Origin: a virus
Virus record (IMG/VR): IMGVR_UViG_3300045988_035499
DNA length: 64,000 nt
Strand: one strand, 5' to 3'
Below are positions 12,504 to 26,159 of this stretch, one piece after another. Position numbers and translations under genes: made by a program. How positions within the stretch are numbered: the stretch's first letter is position 1; each line of letters begins with the position of its first letter. A model generated the notes under the pieces. That model worked only from the letters and a program-made list of their open reading frames with translations. It was not told where the DNA came from and ran no database searches.

Positions 12504-12672
12504 TTCTATTTACGCCTTTATTTAATTCTACTCTATCTTGTAGCATATTACCCATTAAATCTGCAGCAAGGTTAAGACTGAACTCTTTATTATCATCGTC
12601 CATTCTGTCTACCTTACTATAGAGCTTAAGGAGTAGAACGTAAATCTACTCCAAAAGTTCTCTATCTGTCAT
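12481..12672 (-). CDS. small hypothetical protein
   Basis: ATG 12670-12672 to TAA 12481-12483, 64 codons, one in-frame TAG. Overlaps the endolysin start. Confidence 0.4.
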
Positions 12673-12692
12673 ATGTACTAAGTATTGGTTCA

Positions 12693-15167
12693 TTATGTTG
12701 CCGCATGTTGTGTTACTGTAAAACTAAATGTTTGTGGAGAGTTTTCATAAACTTCACATCCGGTTATTTCAACTGATGGTATGTATTGATCTATAGCTAC
12801 TGTAGCACTTCTAGACGTTCCTGTATTTTCTGAGAAAATGAAATATAGTCTACCATATGGATCTTCAGATTCAAATCTTGAAACAAACCAGGTAGATGAC
12901 TACCTTAACCTATATGGACATGAATATCTACCTATATATCTATCAGCACTAACATTACCAGTTCTATCTACTAATGTATAACCTTGCTCTATCATTTTAT
13001 CTGAATCTATATTAATCTCTACATACAATAAGAATAATTGTGATCCTTTAGTTTTATCACTAGACCCTTCTTTATAAACTATCAAATCTGTACCATTCCA
13101 CAAAGTATCAGAACTTGAAGTCTTTTGTAACTTATATGTACCAACTCTATAATCAGTATCTCCAACTTGCATGAAGTCTATTTTGAACACCTTATTACTA
13201 TCTACCTAAGTTGCAGTAAATGTACCGTACGTTGTAGTTAAACTAGTAGGAAGTTGCAGTACAATCATCCATTTTGTTTTATCAGCGCTGATACTACCTA
13301 TAGTACAATTGTGTTCAGAAGGATATTCTACTACATATTCTACGTTAACTCCTACCTAAGTCTCATCCACAATTACACCATTTAATGATCGTTGTTTATA
13401 ACTATACATAGTATAAGTAGTATCTAAACCGAAATCACTACGTCCAGTAGTTACTTTTGTAGGTTTATTTTTAGATGACTCTACTGGCTCGAACGTATAC
13501 GTCCATTCATTAGATACCTGTTGATTTACTGTTATGGTAGCAGTCTTACTAGACCCTGCTTGTGTCAATGTAATAATACCAGTTCTATTTGTGCTAGTAT
13601 AATTAGAACTTGCAGTAAGTTTAACATTAGAATTCTCCTTAATAGCAGTAAGCCAATCTGCAGATATGTTTGTAATGCTCCAGTCCTAAGTTGTACTATT
13701 CTTAGTGGATACTACACTTACTGTTACATTACCTCCAGATGCAGATATAGTCTTAGTAGTACTAGTAGATCCATCTACAGTGAATACATAAGCATCCGCT
13801 GCTTTACCAGACTATGTAACGTTAATAGTCAACGTATTATTACTTCCACTCTGAGTAATCACTATACTACCACTTCTACTAGAAGTAGATGTATTTTCTG
13901 AGAATCCAGTAACCAATACCATATCACTATCTATCTCTATAGAAGTAATCCAGCTAGGTTTAGTATAAGTATAACTTACTGCTTCTTGACCACTTGAAGT
14001 AATCTTATAGGATTCAACACCACCAGATATAAGGTTTACATTAGAAGAATATTTAGCAGGTATAGTACCACTCTTAGTAGTTGTTGTACCATCTGTGAAC
14101 TATAATACATATTGATCTGCAGGTTTACCGCTCTGCGTAATATTGATTCTAATAGTGCTTTCAGAATCATACTGTCTATACTCAATAAAGTCTGTTCTAG
14201 ATGCAGAACTAGTATTGGCACTAACCGTAACAGTAATATTCTGACTACCACTACCAGTCTATGTAGGAGTCATGAAACCACTAGATGTAGTCAATCTAAA
14301 TCCGTGGTCTACTCCATTTCTAGTAGAAGAAACATAATAAGTTAAAGTACCACCATCACTACCTATTGTATCATTAACGACAGTCTCTCCGGCAATATTA
14401 AATCTCCAATCAATGTACTCTTTTGCACCCTATATTACAGATATACTTACCATTTTGTTTGAGTTAGTCTGAGTAAAGGTAGCAGTAGTAGTTCTTTCAG
14501 CTCCAACATTGGCTGTAGCAGTAAATTGTCTGTTAACAGAATCCCACGTAAGCCAAGATGGAAGAGTGCTAGTTAGAGTGTATGCTATATTGGTTGTAGT
14601 ACCATTAGTAGTTACAGTTGATACAAAAGCGAATGATGTACTACTGCCTCCATCACTAGTAAATACAGCACTAGATGAAGTTCCTCCATCTACTGTAAAA
14701 GTATAAGTTTGACTAACTGCAGCTTGTGTTACTGACGCTGTAACGGTTTTACCAGACTCTGCCTATGTAAATGTAGCAGTAAATATTCTCTATGAACCAA
14801 GATTATTAGCCACATTAAATGTTCTAGTGCTACTATTCCATGTAAGCCACGAAGGCAATGTACTAGTTAATGAATACGACACATTGCTCTAAACCCCATT
14901 TACTATCTTATAAGAAGTAAAATCAACAGCAGAAGTATTACCTCCTGCAGCACCTATACTCTTACTGTTATTTGCAACAGTAAAAGTATAAGCAGATGCA
15001 GATATATCTTCTAACTTAACAGCCTCATTATCACCATAAGAACTTTCGTTAGCTATACTTATATAGCTACTTATGGTTTTAATAATCTTCTTAGGAGGGC
15101 ATTCTGTTCCAGTAGAACCATAAGACGTCTTCGTCTTTATCATTGTATATGTTGCTATTTCTGCCAT
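12693..15167 (-). CDS. BACON-like Ig-fold repeat protein (virion surface)
   Basis: Track ORFs 14889..15167, 13356..13568 and 12900..13190 share a frame. A codon-by-codon scan of 12693-14889 found about 11 TAG and no TAA/TGA. Repeats have the form PSWLTW..(N)..R..TATFTQ..GK..TV.V.Q. 825 codons. Confidence 0.75.
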
Positions 15168-15168
15168 A

Positions 15169-18100
15169 TCATTTATTCTTTAAAGTTTCAATTTCGGCTT
15201 TAAGCTTATCTATTTCATCCTTGAGTAGTTTAACACCTTCAATAGCAATTACACTAAGCATTTCGTATTCTACCTTCTTTACCTTAACATATTCAACGCC
15301 CTCCTTAGTATATACTTCAAAGCCCTCTTTGTCTTTTACTTCAGATGCTGGAGTTTCTATATCCTCAACTATTTCAGTAAACCCAAGTTCCTCTATATCT
15401 TGAGCTATAGTACCTATTTGTTCTTTATCATTCATAATGAACGATGCAGTAGGTATAGCACAGATTTGTTCTATAGTATGTTCAAGAGGTTTGACATTCG
15501 TTTTAAGTCTGATATCAGATTCTTTCCAGAAACCATTCGGAGCAAACACCTTATTAGCATATATATTTATATATGCATCAAGATTGTTATCCATAAACTT
15601 AAAGCCATTCGTATTAGCTATCAAGCACATGCCAAATCTATTAGCCCAGTGGAAACCAATACGAGGAGCATATATATCTGCTGTTTGAGTATTATCTACT
15701 AATCCTTGCTCTCTAACTTCCAAACCTCCTGTTCTATAGTAATCTGTGCTAGCATTAGCACCATATACAACTGCATGCCCTTTAACGTCGGCTGTACCAT
15801 TAAAACTTTGACCAAATATAGTTCTTGCAGTCTGTAGCTTTGTGGCAGAGGCAACGTTATCCTCTAACGTAGCAAGGATTCTCCACGCATTCCAACTATT
15901 TGCGCTTGGATTACTAGTTCTCCATCGTGGGTTATAATTTGAGCTACTTTTTCCTACATATCCACATAATTGATATGTAGAATATCCTTCAGCTGCTGAT
16001 CCTGCTCTAACTGTTATACCTGACCACCAATCAGCAGTTGGTGTACCTGTGTTATTATACCATGCGTACACTTCATAGTTTGGGAAAAAATCTGGAAGTC
16101 TTTCCGAATTACTTATACCATGATTCTGTATTCCTTTAGAAGTAATATTCCAAGTGCCGGATGCACCAGTACCAGTTTTGGTAGGAACGTAATTGGTATA
16201 GTTGTATGAATCTAATACATCATAGTCGGTTCCTGCTCTACGGTGTAATATATTGCTATCTCCACTACGAATGAAGGTTACACCAGACTACATACCCAGT
16301 ATGGAATTAACGCCTTCATAAAGCACTAAACCATTACCGTTTATTCCTAGAATACCACTACCAGTAGCTCTATCATTTAGAGTTAAATAACCTGTCATTG
16401 TATCTCCTGCTTTCTTTACGAAAGCAGTTGGATTTATTCCACCAACAGTAGTGGCATTATCTGCATTAGCAGCACTATTTACTTTTTCGTTAGTGTACCA
16501 AGGTCTGTAAGCTTGCACTACATGTTGGGCAGTACCAGTTAACGATGTTTCATAGGTTATAGTAAATTTAGTATTCCATGTAGGAGCAACATAAGAATAT
16601 CCATTATTAACATTCATAACAGATAAGCCTGTATAGTGCCCTGCTGGGACAGCTACCCATAAGTAACCATCTGTATCATAACCAAATCTTACTTCTATAC
16701 TCTTCTATACAGACGTAGTAGCTATTACTTTAGCTGTTGGATTATGCCAATGATTACTACTATAGTTATATCCGCCAACCATTATATCAGTAGCGTGATA
16801 ATCCTAGTATACTCTAATAGTAAATTGTAGCATCCAGGTTTCTTTTGAAAGTATTTTTACCTTATACCATGTACTATTACTATTAGCAGCAGTAGTTCTA
16901 TAATGAGCAAATTGTGAAAATGCATCATACGTAAACCCGCTTAACTTAAGAGAGTTATCAGCAGTACCTGCAGTTGCAGGTTTACCAATACTTACAGTCT
17001 GTGCACTACCTCCAGATGGAGTTACAGTAAAGTTACCAGATGAGCCATTAGCAAAAGTATAAGTAGTATTAGTATTTGTATCTGTCCAAGGTACATTTAC
17101 ATACATTTGTTCATTTGATAACTATACTGGATAGTTCTTCCCATTAGCTGTATAACCTATTTTAACGCCACCTCTAGTACTAGCGGATGCTAATGGCAAT
17201 GTATAAGTAGTGTCCTACGCAGGTATACCCAATGCCGTAATATCAGCTTTGGTGACTGCAATTGGATTACGTACATGACTTAAAGAGTCAGTTGCAAACT
17301 TATAGAATCCAAGAGCTTTACTAGGAGCATCTCCTATAGGATGTACATAGTTATTATAAGTAGCGCCTTTAGTTAGTGTCAAAGTATCACCTACAATACT
17401 ACCTGTAGTAACCGCATTACCTGATCCAGATACAGTAATCTTACTTACTTTACCAGAATTAATACCAGTAATATCATCCTATATTTCAGTAATAGTATTA
17501 TTGATATCTGTAATCTAATTAGGTATAGTAGTATCAAGTTTTACCTTATCTGCAGCAGCCATGACACCAGCAGCACTTGAAGATGCAGCGGGTATCGTTA
17601 CTGTTTTAGCTGTAGGAGTAGAATAGTTAATACCACTCTTAGAGGCTCCTGTGTAGTTAAATACTACATTAGATGCATTCGCTGTTGGACTAGTTACTGT
17701 ACTAACCAAATTAGCTGGTAGACTAGTTAAAGCGTCTCTATTTGCTTTACCCTTGTTTCCAGCATATGCGGTACTAGAAGTCTCTCCTAAAGCTAAACTC
17801 TTACTTATTTCAGTATAACCTGTACCAGACCATCTGTAAGTAAGATTAGTATCTAAAGTAACATATATCTTACCTGTTTCACCTGTAGTAGGGAAAGCAC
17901 TTAAAGTAGGATATTCTAATACATCGTCTACATAAGATGGTAACTGAGAAGATGGAACTAAACCGTTTGAGTCTAATGATGCTAACCCACCGGGTTGACC
18001 TTTAGTATTAATAAAAGCATTTAGATTATTAGTGATACTAGTATCACCAGCTTTTCTATCGGCTATTTCTTGCTGTAAAGCTTCTTCTAAGTCATCTGTA

Positions 18101-19308
18101 GCACCATCGAACTTATTCTCAATCCTAGTAATCTCTGATATACGTTCTTCGATTTCTTTATTGAGTTTAGCAGTTATACTAATGTCTGCATTAGTTCTAT
18201 CATGAATTTCTAAATCTATACGATCATGTAATATATTATCTTCTCGTATACGACTTTCTTCTTCCTTATTTATATTATTCTATAGAGTATCATCAGCTTT
18301 TTCTCTATCGGCTATTTCTTTATCTATCTACTGTTGAAGTAAAGTATCTGCGTCAGTTCTATCCTAGATTTCTTTGTCGATTCTCTCATCAACCCTAGTA
18401 ATCTCGTTAGTTCTGTCTACTATCTCCTTATCAATCTTAGTATCTACTCTTTCAATTTCGCTGATACGATCCGATATCTCTTTATCGACCCTACTATCTA
18501 CTCTTGTTATTTCGTCTTTACGGTCTTGAATTTCCTTATTTAGAGCTTCTCTAAGACTTTCTAATTCATTAGGAATAGTAACATCTAACTTATACTTATC
18601 TTCTTTACTCATGATACCATCTTGATCTACAGTAGCTTTGGCTAAGAACAGATCTATATAGATGTTATCTCCACTTTTTGTAGTAGTCCATTTGATACAG
18701 GGAGTATTTGTATTAGTAAGATTAATAGCCTCTGTTACTAAATCATATACAGATGTATTAGTGTTGTCCTTAATCTTAATGTTGGTTAAAGCTAAATCAC
18801 CAATATATATATACTTACCATTGTCAGTAAGTACATAATCTCCATCACCAGTAGTTTTAAGTGCTAAAGTATTGTATAAGGTTCTGTTATAGTCTAATTC
18901 TTTACTTACTGTAATACTTTCAAATTCAACAGTAGTAATATTATTAGAGCCTTCTTCCTTAACATAGTTAGGAAATTCTAACTACAATTCACCATTTACT
19001 ATAGAATGCTCTGTAGATACTAACAAACCTTTTCTGCTAGCATTAGGAGTATATATAAGTAGATTGTCTCTTATAGCGTTATATAGTCTACCGTATTCTT
19101 CTGCACTTACTTTTCCATCTGTTACTACAGGATCAAATACATATACAGACATGCCTTTGAACGATGTAATCTTTATCTTACCGTTATGTTCACCTTCCTA
19201 AAAAGGTATCATCTCATTACCAGTAAGATTTACACGTTCTTCAGCTTGACTAATTTTCAAGCCTTTAATTCTTGTTGGTATTATTTGGGTTTTCTACTAA
19301 ATCTTCAT
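15169..19308 (-). CDS. giant tail fiber with C-terminal intramolecular chaperone (peptidase S74-like) domain
   Basis: Five track ORFs (18364.., 17515.., 16804.., 16288.., 15169..) share one frame and are joined by TAG. ATG 19306-19308, TGA 15169-15171, 1380 codons. Motifs SQLPSYVDDVLEY..GKIYV..LTYRWSG and GFWKESDIRLKTNV. Confidence 0.75.
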
Positions 19309-19681
19309 ATCTCTAAGTTTCTAATAATAATACTCCACCATCTTCCCATAACCAAGGATCTTCATTCTCTTCTAATAAAGCAAGTATAAATGGATCGTCT
19401 ATAATACAAGTAGGCTTACCACAACCATAATCACATGATTGACAGTAAGGTAACAACTTCATAGGTCTATTACTGTACAACTAAGGATGTACTCTAGTAA
19501 TTAACCTAGCTAACATATCTGTATCAGTAGACTTAGTAGCCTACGATGTGCGACTATATTCTAACAAATCTGTCAGCTCATTGTACACAATCGTAGCTAC
19601 TATATCTCTGTTATTTCTGATAATACTATTCTTTATAATAGAATTAGTCTTATCGTTTATGTAATATTTTGGATCGTTCAT
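19265..19681 (-). CDS. small Cys-containing protein with WLWEDGGVLLLET motif
   Basis: ATG 19679-19681 to TAA 19265-19267, 139 codons, three in-frame TAG. Overlaps the giant fiber start. Confidence 0.5.
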
Positions 19682-19682
19682 A

Positions 19683-22600
19683 TTATCCTATAGTACCATA
19701 GTTCATTAATTGATTTAAAACCCATGTATTGTGTGAAGAACCAGTATTTTTTACTCCATAACATATATATGCAGATGAATTTGTCAAATTTACAACTCCA
19801 CTAGTCCCTTCAATTGTTGTTTTTATAGAAGCGTCTCCTCTATATGTCTCTGGCATTTCTCTATGAGTTAGTCTGTCACCTGAAGTAGCCATAGTTATCC
19901 TATGACCCATATATGATCTTGTATATACTGGAGTAACAAATAGTATAGTTTTACCATATCCTTCTGGAATATCTGGCAAATTCAGATATCCATACATTCC
20001 TTGAGAGTCTAATTGTGATACATTTTGCTCAAAAGAACTTTCGAGCGTAAGATTACCGTCACTATCCCACGTTATTCCACCATTAGCTAATGAACCACTG
20101 CCATCCTTTTTTACTTGTATGGGAGTACTAACTGAAACTTGAGTACCAGTCTCCATTATATCTAAAGACATACCTGCCTCACTAATTCCAAATCTAGTAT
20201 TACCAAGATAGGTAAGAATTCCAGCTCTAGTTAACTTAACAGAATTATTACCATTTTTTACTTCAATAGATGTATCTGCACCATTAGCTGCTAAATGTAC
20301 ACCGCCAGCTCCAAAGTAAGCTTCGCCATTGGCGAAGTCTAATAAAAAGTTAGGTCTGAACTCATTAGATGTATTCATAGGATCATCTGTATTTATAAGC
20401 TGATACTAACTACTATTCTCATTACTAGCATTCTTACCTCTCTGTGAGAACATCAGATTGTTGTTGAATACAGCTCCACCAACTAAAGCATTTGGAGTAA
20501 TTAATACATTAGCAAATACAGCCTCATAATTTTCTAACTTAGCCCATGCACCAGATGTATCAGTTGCAGGAGATACATTATTCTGTTGTGTACCAATCCA
20601 TGTCATTACAGACTTAAGATAATAGAAATCACCATCACTAGTATCATATACATACGGAGCTTTTTCACCATCGTTAATATATGGAGTAGTAGTACTATAA
20701 ATACCTTGAGGATAGATAATTGGCTGTGAACCTACTGGATCTGGTACTATAATACCTCCCATAGGATTAGGTTTAGACCAAGCAGTCTCCATAGTATCAT
20801 TGATGATTCTACATTGAATAAACCATATATAGTTGTATTCATCTCCATTAACTAATTCTGGTACATCTAATGACCAACCTGTAGGATTTCTCTTCCATTT
20901 CATTGAGTCACTCCATTGTTCTCCAGTATAAGTAGTTTCAGTACCTTTGCAGTATTTTACTTCATAACCTACACCAGGAATACCAGAAGCACCAGTAGAG
21001 CCAGTCATATAATATGGATCAGCCCAATCAGTAAGTAAAGTATTATCCACACCACTAATAGTAGCAAATGTAGCCCATAAAACTGGTCCATCACTTAATA
21101 CAGGAGCAGTAGAACTCCAACCAGTTGGATACCTATCTGATTTATTTAAGCTAGGAGGAGTAGACCAACTATTGTTTCTAGCGAATCTATACTCAGTATA
21201 ATTACCATCTGCACCTTGAACAGTACCAACGTTTACCCAAGTCTCTCCATTCCATACCCACAAATAACCATCAATTACATAAGCATCTCCTATTTCATTA
21301 CCAGTCATTGGTAAATCATCGGTAGATTCTAGAGTACCTTTAATAACAATTCCTTGTCCAGTTACTTTGATAACAGCTCCCCATTCGATAACAGTTGCTG
21401 TTTCACCTTGTACTAATGCGGTAGATTTCCACCATGTTCCAGTACTCATATCAGGTACATTTACCCAACCATTACCTGGAGCATAAGGGTCACTACTAGT
21501 AGGTTTATCAGGTTTGGTAGTAGCTTGTTTAAAAGCGTCTACTTGGTAGTTAAAGTTATTACCATCTAAACCAGGTACACCTGTAATCAAATAAGGACCT
21601 TGCCATCCTCTTTCTTCCTCAGGAAGATTCTCATCTATATACAACTTATTATCGTAAGTAACTAAAGCTTGAATGCCCCATATAGCTTGTTTACCAGTAG
21701 CAGTAGGCATACCTACACCCCATATGCTACCTGGATTAATATTCAGTCTATCTGGATCTCTAGGTTTAACATCACTACCAGATGTACGAGTATACATTAC
21801 TCTAATACTCATACCGTCTTGACCGTTATCTCCATATTTGGCCCATAATGCTGGAGAACTAAAATTACCCCATTTGTGAGTATTACCATCGTACTTTCTT
21901 TGACTAACCCACTCATATTGATAAGTTTGACTTACACCACTAGGATCATCTGTCCAAGGTTCTTCTCCTGGATAAGATGACGGTATATACTCATCTACAT
22001 CTGGATTATTATCGGTGATATTATGAGGAGGAGCAGGTAGTTTAGTACGTTGGAATATATATTCTCTACCATCCCCGTCTTTACCATTTACTCCCCATTT
22101 AGACCAAATAGTAGGGCCTTGCCAGTCACTCCACAAACCACTATCTTCTATAGTACGGCTACATACCCATTCGCATTGATATGATTCACTTATACCTGAA
22201 GGTTGATCTGTCCATCCTTCTGGTACATAATCAGTCTGATTAGGATTGTTATCAGGCTTTTCAGGTTTAGTAAGGCTAGTTACAGTAAGTTTATAGATGA
22301 ATTCTATACTAGTACCATCCGCACCATCCTTACCATCTTCTCCAGTAAGTCTAACCGGAGTAGTCCAAGCCTATACTTGAGTCCCATTACTTGAAAAGGC
22401 TGCAGTAGACATCCATACATAACCGTTAGGATTAACATCTGTTCCAACCCAACCAGCTGGATATATTACTATATTGTTAACTGCATCCCAGCTACCTCCT
22501 ACAGGGGTATCAGGTCTAGTTGTAGTAGAAGTAGATTTATAGGCAATTACATTTCTGATAGTATCTCCATCTATTCCAGGAACTCCATCTATACCATCCT

Positions 22601-22907
22601 TACCATCTTTACCGTCTTTACCGTCTTTACCGCTATATCCTGGGTCACCTTTAGAGCCAGCAGGAATACCAAATGTAAAAGTAAACTCATTGTCTTCTAA
22701 TGCTACACTAGCGGTAGGTACACTTGCAGTATACGCTCTATCTACTTTAGCTTTAAACTTAGAGCTATTTATAATAACATCTCCTATCTATTCTAACGGT
22801 ATCTTATAGTTTGCATCTTTCTCAGCAATAACTGCATATTCAGCACCAGTGAACGAGTTTTTGCCTTCTAGATCTAATATCTTTACGCCATCACATTTCT
22901 GTGTCAT
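19683..22907 (-). CDS. tail fiber/spike with collagen-like Gly-X-Y tract and repeated Trp-rich modules
   Basis: Track ORFs 20406..22136 and 19683..20378 are joined by TAG, and the frame extends up to ATG 22905-22907. Contains GSKGDPGYSGKDGKDGKDGKDGIDGVPGIDGD and repeats of the form W.D.P.G....Y.W.S.R....W..W. 1075 codons. Confidence 0.75.
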
Positions 22908-22919
22908 AATTCTTTAATT

Positions 22920-23594
22920 TTAAATTCTACAACAACCATTAATACAACCACTAGAGTACAGAGTAGACGTAGTAGTAATCTTATCTTTTTCTAACTTCAA
23001 ACACTTATTTCCCTCAGTACGTAAGCATTTAGAATCTTGAGTTAGAATACAATTATTACAGCAATTCCTACTACTATTACAATTATTGCTATTACCCTAG
23101 AGTGATATCTCTAACAATCTGCATACATCGATATAAAGCAACATTGCATCTTTGAAATGACCAGATTGTATAGCATACTCCAACAACTGACGCTTAAACA
23201 CTATAAGCATTAAATTCTACATAGTCTCATCATCAAGACATGTAGAACACTTTGTATGCAGCTTTCTAATCTCTGCTGTATATATAATCTCAGGATTGTA
23301 GTATACCCCATAGAAACGAATCTCTTCGTTCTCATTATAGCATTTGAATGTAATATACTTTATATTCCAGTCTAATTCTAGTATCTCTTCATTTGTTACT
23401 ACTACTTCATTATCTTCAATAGTAATCTCCTCAGTAAAGATATAATTATGTTCTGGAATATCATCTAGTATATTCTTCAAATTGCATGCTTCATCGACAT
23501 AGACCTCAACATCGTAGCCAGATAAATCTATATCTGTATCTACCTTGAAACTAAGTCTATTGCCATTTATTTGTACATTTATTAATTTGTCCAT
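22920..23594 (-). CDS. hypothetical protein with Cys-rich C-terminus
   Basis: Track ORF 23217..23633 ends in TAG and continues to TAA 22920-22922. Probable start MDKLINV at 23592-23594. Confidence 0.55.
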
Positions 23595-23698
23595 ATATAA
23601 ACAATAAAAAAAGTGAAGAGTGGAATATTCCACACTCCACTTTTATAATTTGTAAAAGGAATACTGTATTTTACTAAGTGTTAATCCCTCTATGTATA

Positions 23699-24673
23699 TT
23701 AAGCTATTTCTTTGCCAGCAATAAATGACTGAATACCTTTATCTACAATAGAACCAACTAAACTAGGACAATAAACTTCTGCAGTTAACGGAGTAGTCTT
23801 GATATACTGATTATCATTGCTCAGATACAAGTTATCGTTTTCAATGATAGCGTAATCATATTCTGCATCTTCAACTACTTTACGATCCTGTTCTACGATA
23901 GGATAAGCGCCTGTAAATACATGACCTTTATAACCCATATAAGTTACTTCTGCATCACGTACTTGCTTCCAGTAACCCTTACCAGGAGTACCGTTAGTCT
24001 TAGTGATAACAGCACCTGCAACAGCTGTAGGCTGATTAGCTAACAGAGCACCTGGAATAGTTTCATACAAAGAAGCTTCCATAGAAACTACTGAGTACTG
24101 ATTCAAAGAATATACTCCTTCGTTATCATCCTTAACCATAGCAGTCAAAGTAATTACACCAGCAGCGTTGGTAGCCTGTACTCTGCGATTCTTGTGAGCA
24201 TTAATTTTCTTAACAATTGCTTCTGTCAAGTCATTTGCTACATTGGTATTAGCATATACTTCATAACTGTGAGTGAATTGACCCGGAGCTTCATACATAT
24301 CTTTGTAGACGATACGCAGAACGTAACGGTTACCTGCAACAATAGTAGCAGCACTTAAGTCAATAGTAATTTTTTCCTGAACAGGAGCAACATATTCGCC
24401 AATTACTGCAGACGGTTTAGAAGCTTTCTGAATCTCTGTAGAGAAGTCAACATTAGCTTTCTGAGCTACTGTACCATCGGGCATAGTAACATTGATTTTC
24501 GGACCTGCAACACCTACATACAAAGAAGTAGCTTCTGCAGCATCAGCAGCTGTTTTAATAATGCTCTTATTTTCGTCAAACAAAGCTACGTCACCGTTAG
24601 CCAAAGCATCTACCGTAGTATAAGAAGCAGGACATTGTTTACCGATTAATACGGTATGTACTGAAGTTATCAT
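23699..24673 (-). CDS. probable abundant virion structural protein
   Basis: Intact 324-aa ORF with no TAG. Its G+C is higher, as in the MCP gene. Lies between head-completion genes and the fibers. Confidence 0.6.
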   Translation of the reverse strand: MITSVHTVLIGKQCPASYTTVDALANGDVALFDENKSIIKTAADAAEATSLYVGVAGPKINVTMPDGTVAQKANVDFSTEIQKASKPSAVIGEYVAPVQEKITIDLSAATIVAGNRYVLRIVYKDMYEAPGQFTHSYEVYANTNVANDLTEAIVKKINAHKNRRVQATNAAGVITLTAMVKDDNEGVYSLNQYSVVSMEASLYETIPGALLANQPTAVAGAVITKTNGTPGKGYWKQVRDAEVTYMGYKGHVFTGAYPIVEQDRKVVEDAEYDYAIIENDNLYLSNDNQYIKTTPLTAEVYCPSLVGSIVDKGIQSFIAGKEIA

Positions 24674-24774
24674 ATAATTTTATTAATTTTTAGTTATTAG
24701 ACAATTTGCGCACGTCTAACTATTCGTTCTTCTACTTTCACCTATAGTGATTTCCACGTCAAACGAACGCTTTA

Positions 24775-25443
24775 TTATTCTTTCTAAGTTTCCTTAGATT
24801 TACTACCAGCTATATTAGTTACTAACAACTGTACTGCTAGATCTACTATATCCTGGTGAGTATTTTCTGGCAAATCTGTATACTCTTTAGTAAGATCTTC
24901 AAATTTGCCTAAATCTTTTGCTTTTCTCAAGTAAGTCAACTCGTAACTATTGATACCATATTTACCATCTGTGTACAATATGATAGTATTATCTTGATAC
25001 AGTCTTAATGGTCTTGCTTGATTATAGCGCAATCTATGATCTGATAAGCTATTATTTAACTGAGAACTAATATTCTCTATAGTAGCTTCTAATACATCAG
25101 ATTCATGTACAATTAAATTATTGCACTTATTATCTTTTATAGATATGTAAACATTTTCTCCTAATGCGAATACATAGTCATCAGGGTAATCTGTTTCCCA
25201 TTTCTTACCTGATACTCTAAAGTTACCAGCATTATAAGTCTAAGTCTTTACTAGAGTTCTAATGTTATCACTTAGTTCTTGATTAGCTTGAAATATACGA
25301 AATAACTATTTAGTATATTCATCTTTAGCTTTATTCAGATAATGAAATAAAGTATCTGAAGGATACTTAATAGTTTTATCATAGCTAGGTATGATACTAT
25401 CAAGCTATCTTTCCATATTAATTTGAAATTGTCTCTCAGTCAT
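24775..25443 (-). CDS. head-tail connector-like protein (paralog of 25446..26159)
   Basis: ATG 25441-25443 to TAA 24775-24777, 223 codons, four in-frame TAG. C-terminus ...DLPENTHQDIVDLAVQLLV. Confidence 0.5.
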
Positions 25444-25445
25444 AA

Positions 25446-26159
25446 TTATTCAGATACTTGGTTTAATTGTAACTTAGTAGTTGTTCTTTGAGATTCTATA
25501 TTCTCTAAAGCTATTACTACAGCTCTATTGATAATCTCATTCATAACATCTTCTGGGAAGTCTAATTCTTCTTCTGGCTCTGTATAGTTGAACTTCTTAG
25601 GTTTCTTTATATACGTAATATCTACTCTGTAATACTTACCATCTTCGTCAGTTCTAGGACCATACATAGGATCTAATGACATAATAGGATCAACATATAC
25701 TAAGAAGTTATTATCTTCAAGTACAGCAATTGGGTTTTCTACCCAAGGTATATTATTATAAGTCTACTTGTATAGCCCAGCTACTGCATGAGTAGTTATG
25801 CTACAATTAGCTTCTAAGTCACCATATTTAAGTACTGCACTAAGTATAGTCATTCTGTGATTATCTTCTCCGTGTATCTCATCTATGACATATTCGTTGT
25901 TATTAGTGTTCCACGCTTGGAGATTTTCATCAGTAGCTATAAGCCTATTAATCTCAGATATATTGGATATGCTGCCCTCTAGATCTACTCTAAGAGCATT
26001 ATTACCCGTAGTCTTATTACTTAATATCTCCAGTTGAGCTTGATTAAGGAATAAGTCTATTTCTTCAGGTAAAAATGCAGGGCATCCACCAAAGGCGATA
26101 CCCTCCGCATTCTTATCTAAAATTACTTTAAAGTATATATGAGAATCCTTATTATTCAT
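25446..26159 (-). CDS. head-tail connector-like protein
   Basis: Track ORFs 25764..26159 and 25446..25682 are in frame and joined by one TAG (gap scanned). C-terminus ...DFPEDVMNEIINRAVVIALENI. Confidence 0.55.

Noticed and set aside
1902-15702. Plus-strand track ORFs overlapping leftward genes (e.g. 1902..2090, 2455..2751, 3828..4124, 3856..4197, 5496..5783, 11321..11590, 13521..13901, 15143..15403, 15400..15702)
   Set aside because: These are antisense shadows of longer, motif-bearing minus-strand genes. Their composition is low-complexity or Leu/Ser/Ile-rich.
22570-22650. Short tandem DNA repeats (CTTTACCGT units) as a possible CRISPR or satellite
   Set aside because: They encode the Gly-Lys-Asp collagen-like tract of the fiber gene. 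There is no spacer-repeat architecture anywhere in the window.
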